Source of the DNA: an uncultured Acidobacteriota bacterium
GTDB taxonomy: Bacteria > Actinomycetota > Acidimicrobiia > Spongiisociales > ZC4RG35
DNA length: 64,000 nt
Assembly: GCA_963828465.1 (NCBI GenBank)
Contig: CAWHEU010000004.1
Span: 1,340 to 65,339, forward strand
Direction: 5' to 3'
Made by a program: the position numbers and the translations under genes. Positions 34,588 to 43,205 of this stretch are shown here, in pieces. The notes beneath the pieces are model-generated. The model was not told where the DNA came from. It worked only from the letters and a program-made list of their open reading frames with translations, and did not search any database. Every line of letters begins with the position of its first letter. Position 1 is the first letter of the stretch.

Positions 34588-36414
34588 GTGCCCACCCACT
34601 CGGTCCGTAATGTCGCGCTCGTCGCCCACGTCGACCACGGCAAGACGACCCTCGTCGACTCCATGCTGTCTGCGGCCGGCGTGTTCGCTGCCCATCAGGA
34701 GAGGGTGGAGCGGGTGATGGACTCGACCGACCAGGAACGGGAACGTGGAATCACCATTCTGGCAAAGGCAGCCTCGATCCAGTGGCGCGACACGAAGATC
34801 AACCTGGTCGACACCCCGGGTCACGCAGACTTCGGTGGCGAGGTGGAGCGAGCGTTGGCCATGGTCGACGGGATCCTCCTGCTGGTCGATGCCGCCGACG
34901 GGCCCATGCCGCAGACCCGATATGTGCTGAGCAAAGCCCTGGAGCGCCATCTACCGGCGGTGGTGGTGATCAACAAGGTCGACCGGGCCGACGCCCGGCC
35001 TGACGAAGTCGCCGACGAGGTCTACGAGCTCTTCTTCGACCTCGATGCCAAGGATCACCACATTGACTTCCCGATCGTCTCCACGGTGGCCCGCATGGGC
35101 CGCGCTGTCACCGGGATCGGCATCCCGGACGAAGATGCGGACCTGACCGCTCTGCTCGACGCGATCGTGGACACCATTCCGGCACCGTCGGGAAACCCGG
35201 AGGCACCGATCCAGGCTCTGGTCACGAATCTCGACGCATCGGATTACCTCGGCCGCCTTGCCATCGGCCGAGTCTTCGAAGGGACGCTGCGGCAGGGAAG
35301 CACCATCGCTCTCTGCCACGGGAACGAGGAAGAGCCCCCGATCAAACGCAGGCTGACCCACCTGATGGGGTTCTCCGGGTTGGGCCGAGCCGAGATCGAG
35401 GATGTGAAGGCAGGCGATCTCTTCGTCGTCGCCGGCTTCCCCGAAGTCGAGATCGGCGACACCTTCGCGGACCCGGCCAACCCTGAGCCCCTCCCCCGGC
35501 TCATCGTCGACGAGCCGGTGCTCAAGATGACGTTCGGGGTGAACACCTCGCCACTGTCGGGCCAGGATGGGAAGTTCTTGACCTCCAGGCAGATCCAGGA
35601 CCGTCTCAAGCGAGAGATACTGGGGAACGTCTCGATCCGGCTCGGCGCCACCTCGTCACCCGAGGTGGTCGAGGTAGCGGGTAGGGGCGAGCTCCAACTC
35701 GCCGTGCTCATCGAATCCATGCGCCGGGAGGGCTTCGAGCTCCAGGTGAGCCGGCCTGAGGTCGTGATAAGGGTGATCGACGATCAGCCAAACGAGCCCG
35801 TGGAGCGAGCGGTGGTCGATGTTCCCGACGAGTACGTGGGGGCGGTAACCCAGGCGGCCGCACCGAGGAAGGGCATGATCGTCGAGCTCTCCCCCGGCGA
35901 CCCGGGCCGATCCATAGTCACCATCGTCGCCCCGGCCCGGGGTCTCCTCGGGTTCCGCTCGCTGCTCATGACCACCACCAGAGGCACGGCGCTCATCCAT
36001 CAACACCACGACGGGTGGATGCCATGGGTGGGTGAGCTGCCCCACCGGATCGGCGGAGCCATGATTTCGGACCGTGCCGGGACCAGTACCGCCTTCGCCC
36101 TCGACAACCTGCAGAAGAGAGGAGACCTCTTCATCGGTGCCGGCGAGGTGGTCTACGAAGGCATGATCATCGGGGAAGCATCCCGCCCCGACGAGATGGT
36201 GGTCAACGCGGCACGGCCCAAGCAACTGACCAACATCCGGACCCACGCCTCCGACGAGGCGATCAATCTCAGGCCTCCCCGGGAATTGACGCTCGAGACG
36301 GCGATCGAGTGGATCGCCGACGATGAGCTCGTCGAGGTGACCCCGACCGCGATCCGGGCACGCAAGCGCTACCTGAGTGATGCCGAGCGTCGCCGATACG
36401 GCAAGAAGAGCTGA
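34588..36414 (+). CDS. typA: Translational GTPase TypA/BipA
   Basis: '[19 protein letters not shown]', '[14 protein letters not shown]' and 'NKVDR'. 608 aa from the GTG at 34588; the listed ORF's 5' extension overlaps osmC. Confidence 0.9.
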   Translation: MPTHSVRNVALVAHVDHGKTTLVDSMLSAAGVFAAHQERVERVMDSTDQERERGITILAKAASIQWRDTKINLVDTPGHADFGGEVERALAMVDGILLLVDAADGPMPQTRYVLSKALERHLPAVVVINKVDRADARPDEVADEVYELFFDLDAKDHHIDFPIVSTVARMGRAVTGIGIPDEDADLTALLDAIVDTIPAPSGNPEAPIQALVTNLDASDYLGRLAIGRVFEGTLRQGSTIALCHGNEEEPPIKRRLTHLMGFSGLGRAEIEDVKAGDLFVVAGFPEVEIGDTFADPANPEPLPRLIVDEPVLKMTFGVNTSPLSGQDGKFLTSRQIQDRLKREILGNVSIRLGATSSPEVVEVAGRGELQLAVLIESMRREGFELQVSRPEVVIRVIDDQPNEPVERAVVDVPDEYVGAVTQAAAPRKGMIVELSPGDPGRSIVTIVAPARGLLGFRSLLMTTTRGTALIHQHHDGWMPWVGELPHRIGGAMISDRAGTSTAFALDNLQKRGDLFIGAGEVVYEGMIIGEASRPDEMVVNAARPKQLTNIRTHASDEAINLRPPRELTLETAIEWIADDELVEVTPTAIRARKRYLSDAERRRYGKKS

Positions 36415-36435
36415 GCCCAAGGAAGAGCTGAGCTG

Positions 36436-36627
36436 TCAGGCCGCCAGCCCGAGATGCACACTGACTCGGACATCGGATCCCGAACCGGTCAGCATCTCGG
36501 CAGGCTGCCCACATGCACAGCGGTAGCGCACCACCATGCCGGCTTCGGTGTTGACGATGCCTTGCAGGTCCGAGGCCCAGATCAGGGCCTCCTGACCGAT
36601 GATGTCACACTGGGCGAGGAACACCAC
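36436..36627 (-). CDS. Small Cys-containing hypothetical protein (63 aa)
   Basis: GTG start(s) 3-6 nt after an AAGGAGG SD that lies inside the end of the upstream small ORF. Contains 'YRCACGQ'. Confidence 0.45.
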   Translation of the reverse strand: MVFLAQCDIIGQEALIWASDLQGIVNTEAGMVVRYRCACGQPAEMLTGSGSDVRVSVHLGLAA

Positions 36628-36781
36628 GAACCTCCTTGCTCAAGGTGAGCCGGTAGGAGCCCAGCTTCAGACTGCGAGGCTTCATGACGGTCTTCGCCCG
36701 TCGGTATGCGTTCGCTTCCTCGCGCCTATCGTCGAGGATTCGTTGCGCCACTATGTATGCGATGGCGGGATGCCCAATCAT
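36605..36781 (-). CDS. Small basic hypothetical protein (58 aa), not in the supplied ORF track
   Basis: ATG at 36781 with an AGAGGAGG SD 8 nt upstream: 'MIGHPAIAYIVAQRILDDRREEANAYRRAKTVMKPRSLKLGSYRLTLSKEVRGVPRPV'. Its stop overlaps the next small ORF. Confidence 0.4.
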   Translation of the reverse strand: MIGHPAIAYIVAQRILDDRREEANAYRRAKTVMKPRSLKLGSYRLTLSKEVRGVPRPV

Positions 36782-36796
36782 CTTGGGAACCTCCTC

Positions 36797-36825
36797 TTGA
36801 CGTAATAACCGTTCATCCGTACACT
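36797..36825 (+). promoter_or_regulatory. Sigma-70-like promoter candidate (TTGACG-N17-TACACT)
   Basis: Read directly in the AT-rich divergent region upstream of the CGNR gene. Confidence 0.4.
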
Positions 36826-36858
36826 TGTTACCATATTGGACGGGGTGTAATAAGTCAA

Positions 36859-37407
36859 ATGAATTTCTCTCATTACTCGGATCAAACCGTGGAACTCGCC
36901 GTGGACCTCGTCAACACCGATGAGCTGACCGGTGACGAGATCGGCACCCTGGACGAGTTGGTCACTTTCCTGACCAGTTACGAGTCACTTCTCCCGACCG
37001 ATGAGCAGCCGGTCACCGAGAAGGACCTGAGGAAGCTTCACAGACTGCGTGACGAATTGCGGGCGATTTTCATCGCCCCGGACGTCGGCACAGCCGTCTC
37101 CCATCTCAACGAGGTGCTCGCGAAGAACAGCGCCACCCCCCGTGTCTCGATGCACGACGGTGAGCCACATCTCCACTACGAGCCGGTAGACGCCCCGATC
37201 GCATCCAGAGTCGGGGCGATCGCGGCGATGGGTCTCGCCGGCGTGATCGTCGAGCACGGGATCAGCCGTTTTGGGACCTGCAGCGCCAGCAACTGTCGCG
37301 ACGTGTTCGTCGACACCACCCGTAATCGGTCGCGCGTCCACTGCTGCCACAACTGTTCCACCCGAGAGGCCGTGGCGGCCTACCGGAAGCGTCAAGCGAC
37401 CCTCTGA
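36859..37407 (+). CDS. ABATE-domain / CGNR-type zinc-finger protein
   Basis: N-terminal 'LAVDLVNT'. C-terminal 'FGTCSASNCRDVFVDTTRNRSRVHCCHNCSTREAVAAYRKR' has CGNR-finger spacing, although the CGNR tetrad itself reads CSTR. Confidence 0.75.
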   Translation: MNFSHYSDQTVELAVDLVNTDELTGDEIGTLDELVTFLTSYESLLPTDEQPVTEKDLRKLHRLRDELRAIFIAPDVGTAVSHLNEVLAKNSATPRVSMHDGEPHLHYEPVDAPIASRVGAIAAMGLAGVIVEHGISRFGTCSASNCRDVFVDTTRNRSRVHCCHNCSTREAVAAYRKRQATL

Positions 37408-37454
37408 CCACACTCCCATTCCAACAACTCCGGGCTCAGCCCTAGATTGCGCGG

Positions 37455-37766
37455 ATGGCGACCGCCATCACGCCACGAGCAAGCCGCCCGATCTGGTGGT
37501 GGCTCCACGACATCGCGGTCGGCCTGCTCTTTGGTTTCGGAGTGGGAACCGTGGCCGGGCTATTCCTGAATCGGTTGGTGGAGAACAACGTCGTGGTGCT
37601 GGTCTGCGCCATCCTCGGCGCCGCCGCCGGGATCTACGTCCTGATTCAGAATCATCGGGAATCCCGGCGGTTCCTCAGCGGGATCGTCGTGGTCAGCTGG
37701 CTCCTGCTGATCCTCTCCGCCGGGTTCCTCGGTCTGTTCATCTGGGCGATTCTCAACTTCGAGTAG
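37455..37766 (+). CDS. Small hypothetical membrane protein (3 TM)
   Basis: The hydrophobic profile is the only evidence. Confidence 0.45.
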   Translation: MATAITPRASRPIWWWLHDIAVGLLFGFGVGTVAGLFLNRLVENNVVVLVCAILGAAAGIYVLIQNHRESRRFLSGIVVVSWLLLILSAGFLGLFIWAILNFE

Positions 37767-37769
37767 AGC

Positions 37770-40415
37770 TCAAACGTCGGCCGGGCCGGTGAGGGCGTAG
37801 GCAACCGCAGCCTCGAGGCTCATCGCCCGCCCCTCACGGTACGGGATGGCCGCCTCGCCAGTTTGCGCTTCCATTGTCTCGTAGTCGAGTGCTTCGATCC
37901 GGTTCAGCTCGTTGAGCACGATCTCGGTCCCCGAAGAGATGCGCAGGCCGTGAAACGCCCCAGCCAGCCGGTGAGCACGGTCTCGGTCTCCGAGGATGAG
38001 TGCAAGCCCGGCGCACGCGGCGAGGAGCAACACCACGCCGCTTACGTCCTGATGCGCGGAGAACAGCTCGAGCCCGCGCGAGAGGTATTTCCAGGCCTGG
38101 TCGTAGTCACCGATCTGGCGGCTCAAATGTCCGACCTCGAAGTGTCCCCAGCCCATCCCGAACTCGTTTCCTGCCGCCTCGTAGTACTCGATGCTCTTCT
38201 TCATGTGCGCCATCGCCCCGGGGGCATCGTCATCGACGTACGCGGTGAAGTTGCCTCGCCCCCACTCGACATCGCCGAGCCCCCCGACGTCACCCAACTC
38301 CCGGTAGAGGACTTCAGCCTCATCGAGGGCATCCCTGGATGCATTCGCGTCCTGGACGAACACCGTGGCGAGCGAGACGTTGTAGAGGGCGTTGGCGAGC
38401 TCCTTGGGGTCACCGAGCCTTCGGTGCATTCGAACCGTCTCCCGGTAGACCTCCAAAGCCTTCTCGAGGTCGGACTGCCACCACAGGATGCCCCCCAGAG
38501 CCTCGAGGGCCTTGGCCCTGTACCTCGGATCACCGCCCTCGAGTGCCAGCACCTCATCCAGTCTCCGACGTGCCTCGTGAAGATGACCCCTCGCCTGCCA
38601 CAGTCTCCAGGCGGCGGAGGAGAGGCGGAAGGCGAGATCCGCCTCACCTGACTCGACGGCCCAATCCAGCGCTGCTCGAAGATTGTCCTGATCCTGCTCG
38701 AGGAGATCGAGCCACATCCGGCGATCCCTGCCCAGCAACTCCGGGGCGACACTCTCGACATATGCGGCATATGTCTCCAGATGCCGCCGGGCAATCGCCG
38801 CAGCCTCACCCGACTCGGTCAGTCGCTCCAAGGCGAACTCCTGGATCACGTGGAGCATCCGGAAGCGGAGCCGTCCCTCGGCATCGAGCCTCCGGATGAG
38901 GCTCTGCTCCACGAGCGTGGACAAGGAGTCGATCACTTCCTCTCCCAGCTCCTCCGTTGGCCCGCACACCGCCTCGACCTCTTCCAGCCGCGCACCGGCG
39001 CTGAAAATGGCGAACCGAGCGAAGAGTTTCCGCTCCGGCTCGGCGAGCAACTCATAGCTCCAGGTGATCGCGCTCTCGATGGTTCGTTGCCGGGCAGGGA
39101 GGTCGACCGAACCCGAGCTCAACATGCGGGAGCTCAGACGGGACAGGATCTGGTCGACAGGCAGCAGGCGAAGCCTCGAGGCCACCAGCTCTATGGCAAG
39201 GGGCAGGCCATCGAGACGGCCCACCAGCTCGGCAACCGCCGGCGCGATGTCGACCGTCAGCCTGAAATCCGGGCGCACCGCCATCGCTCGATCGGTGAAG
39301 AGACGGATCGCCTCGGACTGCATGAGTGTCTCGAGATCCGCGCCTGGATCGACTCCGGAGATGCCAAGGGGGGGCACCGGGAGCTCCTGCTCCCCGCTGA
39401 TCCGAAGCGGTGCCCGAGACGTGACCAACACCTTGGTTCGTGGCGAGGCTCGCAGCAGTTCGGCAACCAGCGGCGCCCCGTCGAGCAGCTGCTCGAAGTT
39501 GTCGAGGATGAGCAGGATGCCCTTGTCGGACAGTTGGCTGTTGAGGCGAATCGCCGGCGGCTCCTCCCGGGTCGAGACTTGAATGCCCAACGTCTCCAGG
39601 ATCCGCGATGGGATGACTTCCACATCGTTGATCGGGGCAAGATCGACGAAGAACACCCCATCGGGATACCCATCTGCCACCTCCGCCGCCAGTTGCAGCG
39701 AAAGCCGGGTCTTGCCGGTCCCTCCGGGGCCGGTGAACGTAAGGAGCCGGGTCGCGCCGAGCAACCGCACCGCCTCGGCCAACTCCAGGTCCCGCCCCAC
39801 GAAGCTGGTGAGCAGCTTGGGGAGGTTGTTCGGGATGGCATCCAGGGTGCGGAGCAGCGGAAACTCCGACTGCAGCCCCGGCGACACGACCTGGAGGATT
39901 GCCTCCGGATCTGCGAGGTCCTTGAGCCGGTGCTTGCCGAGGTCCCGCAGCGAAACACCTTCCGGAAGGCTCCGCTCCACCAGGACGGCCGTTGGCTCCG
40001 ACAGCACCACCTGACCCCCGTGGGCCGAATCGGCGATCCGGGCAGCCCGATGCACGTCGATACCGACGTAGTCGGAGGCGCCGAGGGCGCCGATCCCGGT
40101 GTGAAGCCCCATCCGGGACCTGACGACGCCGTCGGCCGGCCAAGGATGATCCATCAAGGCGTGCTGAGCCTGCACCGATGCCTGCAGCGCATCGACTGCA
40201 GCGGCGAATACGGCAAAGAACGAATCGCCTTCGGTCTTGACGACGACACCGTTGTTCCCGGTGATGGCCTTCTCGATCAGATGGTTGTGTGACTCGAGGA
40301 CAGGGACCCAGCCATCACCCAGGGATTGCACCAACCTCGTCGAGCCCTCGATATCGGTGAAGAGGAAGGTGACCGTCCCCGTCGGAAGCGATTGACGAGT
40401 GGATGGAGACACCAC
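37770..40415 (-). CDS. Class III adenylate/guanylate cyclase fused to a STAND-type P-loop NTPase and TPR repeats
   Basis: 'VTFLFTDIEGSTRL' and 'KTEGDSFFAVF' (cyclase); Walker A 'FTGPGGTGKTRL'; Walker B 'ILLILDNFEQ'; C-terminal ~350 aa of TPR-like helices. Confidence 0.85.
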   Translation of the reverse strand: MVSPSTRQSLPTGTVTFLFTDIEGSTRLVQSLGDGWVPVLESHNHLIEKAITGNNGVVVKTEGDSFFAVFAAAVDALQASVQAQHALMDHPWPADGVVRSRMGLHTGIGALGASDYVGIDVHRAARIADSAHGGQVVLSEPTAVLVERSLPEGVSLRDLGKHRLKDLADPEAILQVVSPGLQSEFPLLRTLDAIPNNLPKLLTSFVGRDLELAEAVRLLGATRLLTFTGPGGTGKTRLSLQLAAEVADGYPDGVFFVDLAPINDVEVIPSRILETLGIQVSTREEPPAIRLNSQLSDKGILLILDNFEQLLDGAPLVAELLRASPRTKVLVTSRAPLRISGEQELPVPPLGISGVDPGADLETLMQSEAIRLFTDRAMAVRPDFRLTVDIAPAVAELVGRLDGLPLAIELVASRLRLLPVDQILSRLSSRMLSSGSVDLPARQRTIESAITWSYELLAEPERKLFARFAIFSAGARLEEVEAVCGPTEELGEEVIDSLSTLVEQSLIRRLDAEGRLRFRMLHVIQEFALERLTESGEAAAIARRHLETYAAYVESVAPELLGRDRRMWLDLLEQDQDNLRAALDWAVESGEADLAFRLSSAAWRLWQARGHLHEARRRLDEVLALEGGDPRYRAKALEALGGILWWQSDLEKALEVYRETVRMHRRLGDPKELANALYNVSLATVFVQDANASRDALDEAEVLYRELGDVGGLGDVEWGRGNFTAYVDDDAPGAMAHMKKSIEYYEAAGNEFGMGWGHFEVGHLSRQIGDYDQAWKYLSRGLELFSAHQDVSGVVLLLAACAGLALILGDRDRAHRLAGAFHGLRISSGTEIVLNELNRIEALDYETMEAQTGEAAIPYREGRAMSLEAAVAYALTGPADV

Positions 40416-40447
40416 CCGAGACGTTAGTTCGCCGACGCCCCGCAGCC

Positions 40448-41449
40448 CTACCCGATAGCGGGTATCACCTGGTCGCCGTATGCCTCCAGCGTGCCCTCCA
40501 TGTCGTCGTGCATGAGGTAGATCCCGAAGTGGCCGACACCGAGCGACTTCAGGAGGTCGAGCTTCTCGATGTGGGCGTCCACGGGTCCGGTCACACAGAA
40601 TCGGTCGACGATGTCATCGGGCACGAATTCCGTGGAGGGGTTGCCCGACTTGCCGTGATGGTCGTAGTCGTAGGACTCCCGGGCCTTTATGTAGTCAGAG
40701 AGAACCTGCGGCACCTTGTCACGATCTTCGCCATACCGGTTCACCATGTCGACCACGTGATTGCCGACCATTCCACCGAACCACCGCAGTTGGTCTCTCT
40801 GATGCGCGACGTCATCGCCGACATACGCCGGCGCCACCACGCAGATCTCGACCTCGTTGGGATCGCGTCCGGCCGACTCTGCGGCTGATCGAACGGCGCC
40901 CACCGTCCATTCGAGGATCTGGGGGTCAGCAAGCTGGAGGATGTAGCCGTCGGCGTGCTCCCCCGCCGTGGCCAGTGCCTTGGGCCCGTATCCGGCGACC
41001 CAGATCGGGAGATCCCACCCATCGGTGATCCACGGGATTCGCAACTGCTTCCCGTTGTAGTCGACCTCCTTACCGGCCACGAGCGCTTTGACCACCTCCA
41101 TCGACTCGACCATCGTCTGGAGGGTCTTGGGCTGGCGCCCTATGTAGCGAAGGGCCGAGTCACCGCGGCCCATTCCACAGATCGTGCGTGGCCCGTACAT
41201 GTCGTTCAGGGTGGCAAACAACGAGGCGAGCACGGTCCAATCACGGGTGCCCGGGTTGGTGACCATCGGGCCGACGATCAATTGCCGGGTCTCCGCCAGG
41301 ATTCGCGAATAGATGACGAATGGCTCCTGCCATAGGACGTGGGAGTCGAATGTCCAGGCATGGCTGAAGCCGAGGCTCTCGGCGCGTTTCGCCAGCTCGA
41401 TCACCCTGGTGGCGGGCGGATCGGTCTGCAACACCACGCCAAAGTTCAA
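40448..41449 (-). CDS. LLM-class (luciferase-like) F420-dependent oxidoreductase
   Basis: 'NFGVVLQTDPPATRVIELAKRAESLGFSHAWTFDSHVLWQEP' and 'GMGRGDSA'. TTG start at 41449; the upstream part of the listed 526-aa ORF is low-complexity and overlaps the next gene. Confidence 0.8.
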   Translation of the reverse strand: MNFGVVLQTDPPATRVIELAKRAESLGFSHAWTFDSHVLWQEPFVIYSRILAETRQLIVGPMVTNPGTRDWTVLASLFATLNDMYGPRTICGMGRGDSALRYIGRQPKTLQTMVESMEVVKALVAGKEVDYNGKQLRIPWITDGWDLPIWVAGYGPKALATAGEHADGYILQLADPQILEWTVGAVRSAAESAGRDPNEVEICVVAPAYVGDDVAHQRDQLRWFGGMVGNHVVDMVNRYGEDRDKVPQVLSDYIKARESYDYDHHGKSGNPSTEFVPDDIVDRFCVTGPVDAHIEKLDLLKSLGVGHFGIYLMHDDMEGTLEAYGDQVIPAIG

Positions 41450-41548
41450 AGCGGCCCACTCATGCCACGAAAGGTAACGGACGATTTGTTCTGATTTGGA
41501 CCAATCCGGAGAGCCGGTCGCGACGAACGGTCTTCGAAAGGAGGCTCG

Positions 41549-41950
41549 ATGAGCTATGTCAAGACTTACGCCAGGATCCTGGGCTGGACATTTGTCGCCG
41601 TCGGATTGGTGGGGTTCTTCCTCACCGGTTTCGGCGGGTTCTTCGGGATGGACGGCGAGACTCTGATCCTCTTCGGGATCAACCCCGCTCACAACCTGGT
41701 CCATCTGATCCTCGGCGTCACTTATCTGATCGGTGCCAGGGCGACCGAGGCAGGCGCCCGCGCCGTCGTTTTGGTGCTCTCCTCGGCCTATCTGCTGGTT
41801 GGTGTGCTCGGTCTGATCCTGATCGACACCAGCGCCAACATCCTGGCCATCAACCAGGCCGACAACGTCCTGCATCTGGCAGTGGGCGCTCTCGGCATCG
41901 GCGTTGTGGCCGCCTCCGCCAGACGGGGGACACAGCCTGCGGAAGCCTGA
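41549..41950 (+). CDS. DUF4383-like membrane protein
   Basis: AAGGAGG SD. 'LGWTFVAVGLVGFFL' and 'INPAHNLVHLILGV'. Confidence 0.7.
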   Translation: MSYVKTYARILGWTFVAVGLVGFFLTGFGGFFGMDGETLILFGINPAHNLVHLILGVTYLIGARATEAGARAVVLVLSSAYLLVGVLGLILIDTSANILAINQADNVLHLAVGALGIGVVAASARRGTQPAEA

Positions 41951-42048
41951 TTCCCTGGCTGGCACGAGCGGGGATGGGGCACGGGTGGGACCCCATCCTC
42001 TCTCGATTCGAGGCCCGTATTGAGACATCCAGGCCCGTATGTGAAACT

Positions 42049-43173
42049 ATGGGTTCCAATCACGGGCAGGGCCGTTGCAATATCCACTCTCGGACGAAAC
42101 GAGCTTCTACCACCATCCCGGTGTCTTCCACCTCGAGAGCGGTGCGAGACCTCGAGGATGTCCAGGTCGGCTACCGCACCTGGGGTGAGCCCCGTCCCGA
42201 GGCCATCCTGATCTGTCACGCCCTCACCGGAAGCGCCGACGCCGACGAATGGTGGGAAGGCCTGTTCGGCCCGAACCGGTCGTTCGACCCCGAGCAGGAC
42301 TTCATCATCGCCAGCAACGTCCTCGGCGGCTGTTATGGAACCACCGGGCCCACCTCGTTACGACCGGGCACGGAACGCTGGTACGGGCATGAATTCCCCC
42401 GGGTCACGATCCGGGACATGGTCGATCTTCAGGCGGGCTTGCTCGACCACCTCGAGGTCGAGACGCTAGGACTCGTCATCGGAGGGTCGATGGGCGGCAT
42501 GCAGGCCCTGGAATGGGCGGCGATGTACCCCGACCGAGTGGGAGGTGGGGTTGCCATCGGAGTCGGTTCCCATCACTCCGCCTGGAGTGTCGCCTTCTCC
42601 GAGGCACAGAGGGCCGCCATCTGGGCGGACCCGAAGTTCCTGGACGGCGACTACGAGCCGGGGCTGGGCCCTGACAACGGTCTTTCAGTGGCCCGGATGA
42701 TCGCGATGATCTCGTACCGGGGGAAGGCCAACTTCGAGTCCCGCTTCGGGAGAAAGACCCTGGAAGACGAGTTCGAGATCCAGTCCTACCTCCGCTACCA
42801 GGGCCAGAAGCTGGTCGGTCGCTTCGACGCCAACACCTATCTTCGCCTCGTCGACGCCATGGACAGCCATGACCTGGCGCGGGGCCGCGGCGAGATGGAC
42901 CAGGTCCTGGCCGGATTGAAGACACCGTTCCTCACCGTCGGCATCTCCAGTGACATCCTCTACCCGGCTACCGAGGTGGAAGAGCTCGCCACCGCCTTGC
43001 CCAATGCCCGCTATCAGATGTTGCATGCCCCACAGGGCCACGATTCCTTCCTCATCGACATGGCCAACCTCGATGGCATCGTGAGCCGCTTCAAACACGA
43101 CCTGGCCCGTGGGATCACCCCAGCCGACGACTTCGCCACGGGCGCCGGGCGGGGCTCGTCGTGGGCGTTTTAG
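42049..43173 (+). CDS. metX: Homoserine O-acetyltransferase; the N-terminal ~35 codons are probably in the wrong frame as sequenced
   Basis: 'VGYRTWGEPRPEAILICHALTGSADADEWW', 'GGSMGGMQALEW' and 'GHDSFL'. The canonical preceding motif 'VFHLESGAR' is encoded in the -1 frame at 42123-42149. Confidence 0.85.
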   Translation: MGSNHGQGRCNIHSRTKRASTTIPVSSTSRAVRDLEDVQVGYRTWGEPRPEAILICHALTGSADADEWWEGLFGPNRSFDPEQDFIIASNVLGGCYGTTGPTSLRPGTERWYGHEFPRVTIRDMVDLQAGLLDHLEVETLGLVIGGSMGGMQALEWAAMYPDRVGGGVAIGVGSHHSAWSVAFSEAQRAAIWADPKFLDGDYEPGLGPDNGLSVARMIAMISYRGKANFESRFGRKTLEDEFEIQSYLRYQGQKLVGRFDANTYLRLVDAMDSHDLARGRGEMDQVLAGLKTPFLTVGISSDILYPATEVEELATALPNARYQMLHAPQGHDSFLIDMANLDGIVSRFKHDLARGITPADDFATGAGRGSSWAF

Positions 43174-43205
43174 GTGGTAGGTCATAGGTTGTAGGTGGTA
43201 GGTCG
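43171..43205 (+). repeat. Five tandem heptads TAGGTNN filling the metX-lysA spacer
   Basis: 'TAGGTGG TAGGTCA TAGGTTG TAGGTGG TAGGTCG'. The first TAG is the metX stop. The lysA GTG follows directly. Confidence 0.85.

Noticed and set aside
34507-34590. A SigB-type promoter upstream of osmC.
   Set aside because: No GGGTA-like -10 with a properly spaced GNNTN/GGTTT element could be found in the osmC-typA spacer.
40448-42028. Very long 5' extensions of real genes. Examples: 40448-42028, 5155-6726, 19989-20882, 44488-45438, 34336-36414 and 51024-52232.
   Set aside because: The extensions overlap neighbouring well-supported genes or divergent promoters and are compositionally non-protein-like. Internal starts give canonical protein lengths and often 4-nt coupling overlaps or SD sequences.
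41951-42075. A SAM riboswitch or other leader upstream of metX.
   Set aside because: I could not recognise the conserved SAM-I/SAM-IV core sequences or a multi-stem junction. Only a simple hairpin and a direct repeat are visible. A covariance-model scan (Rfam) would be needed.
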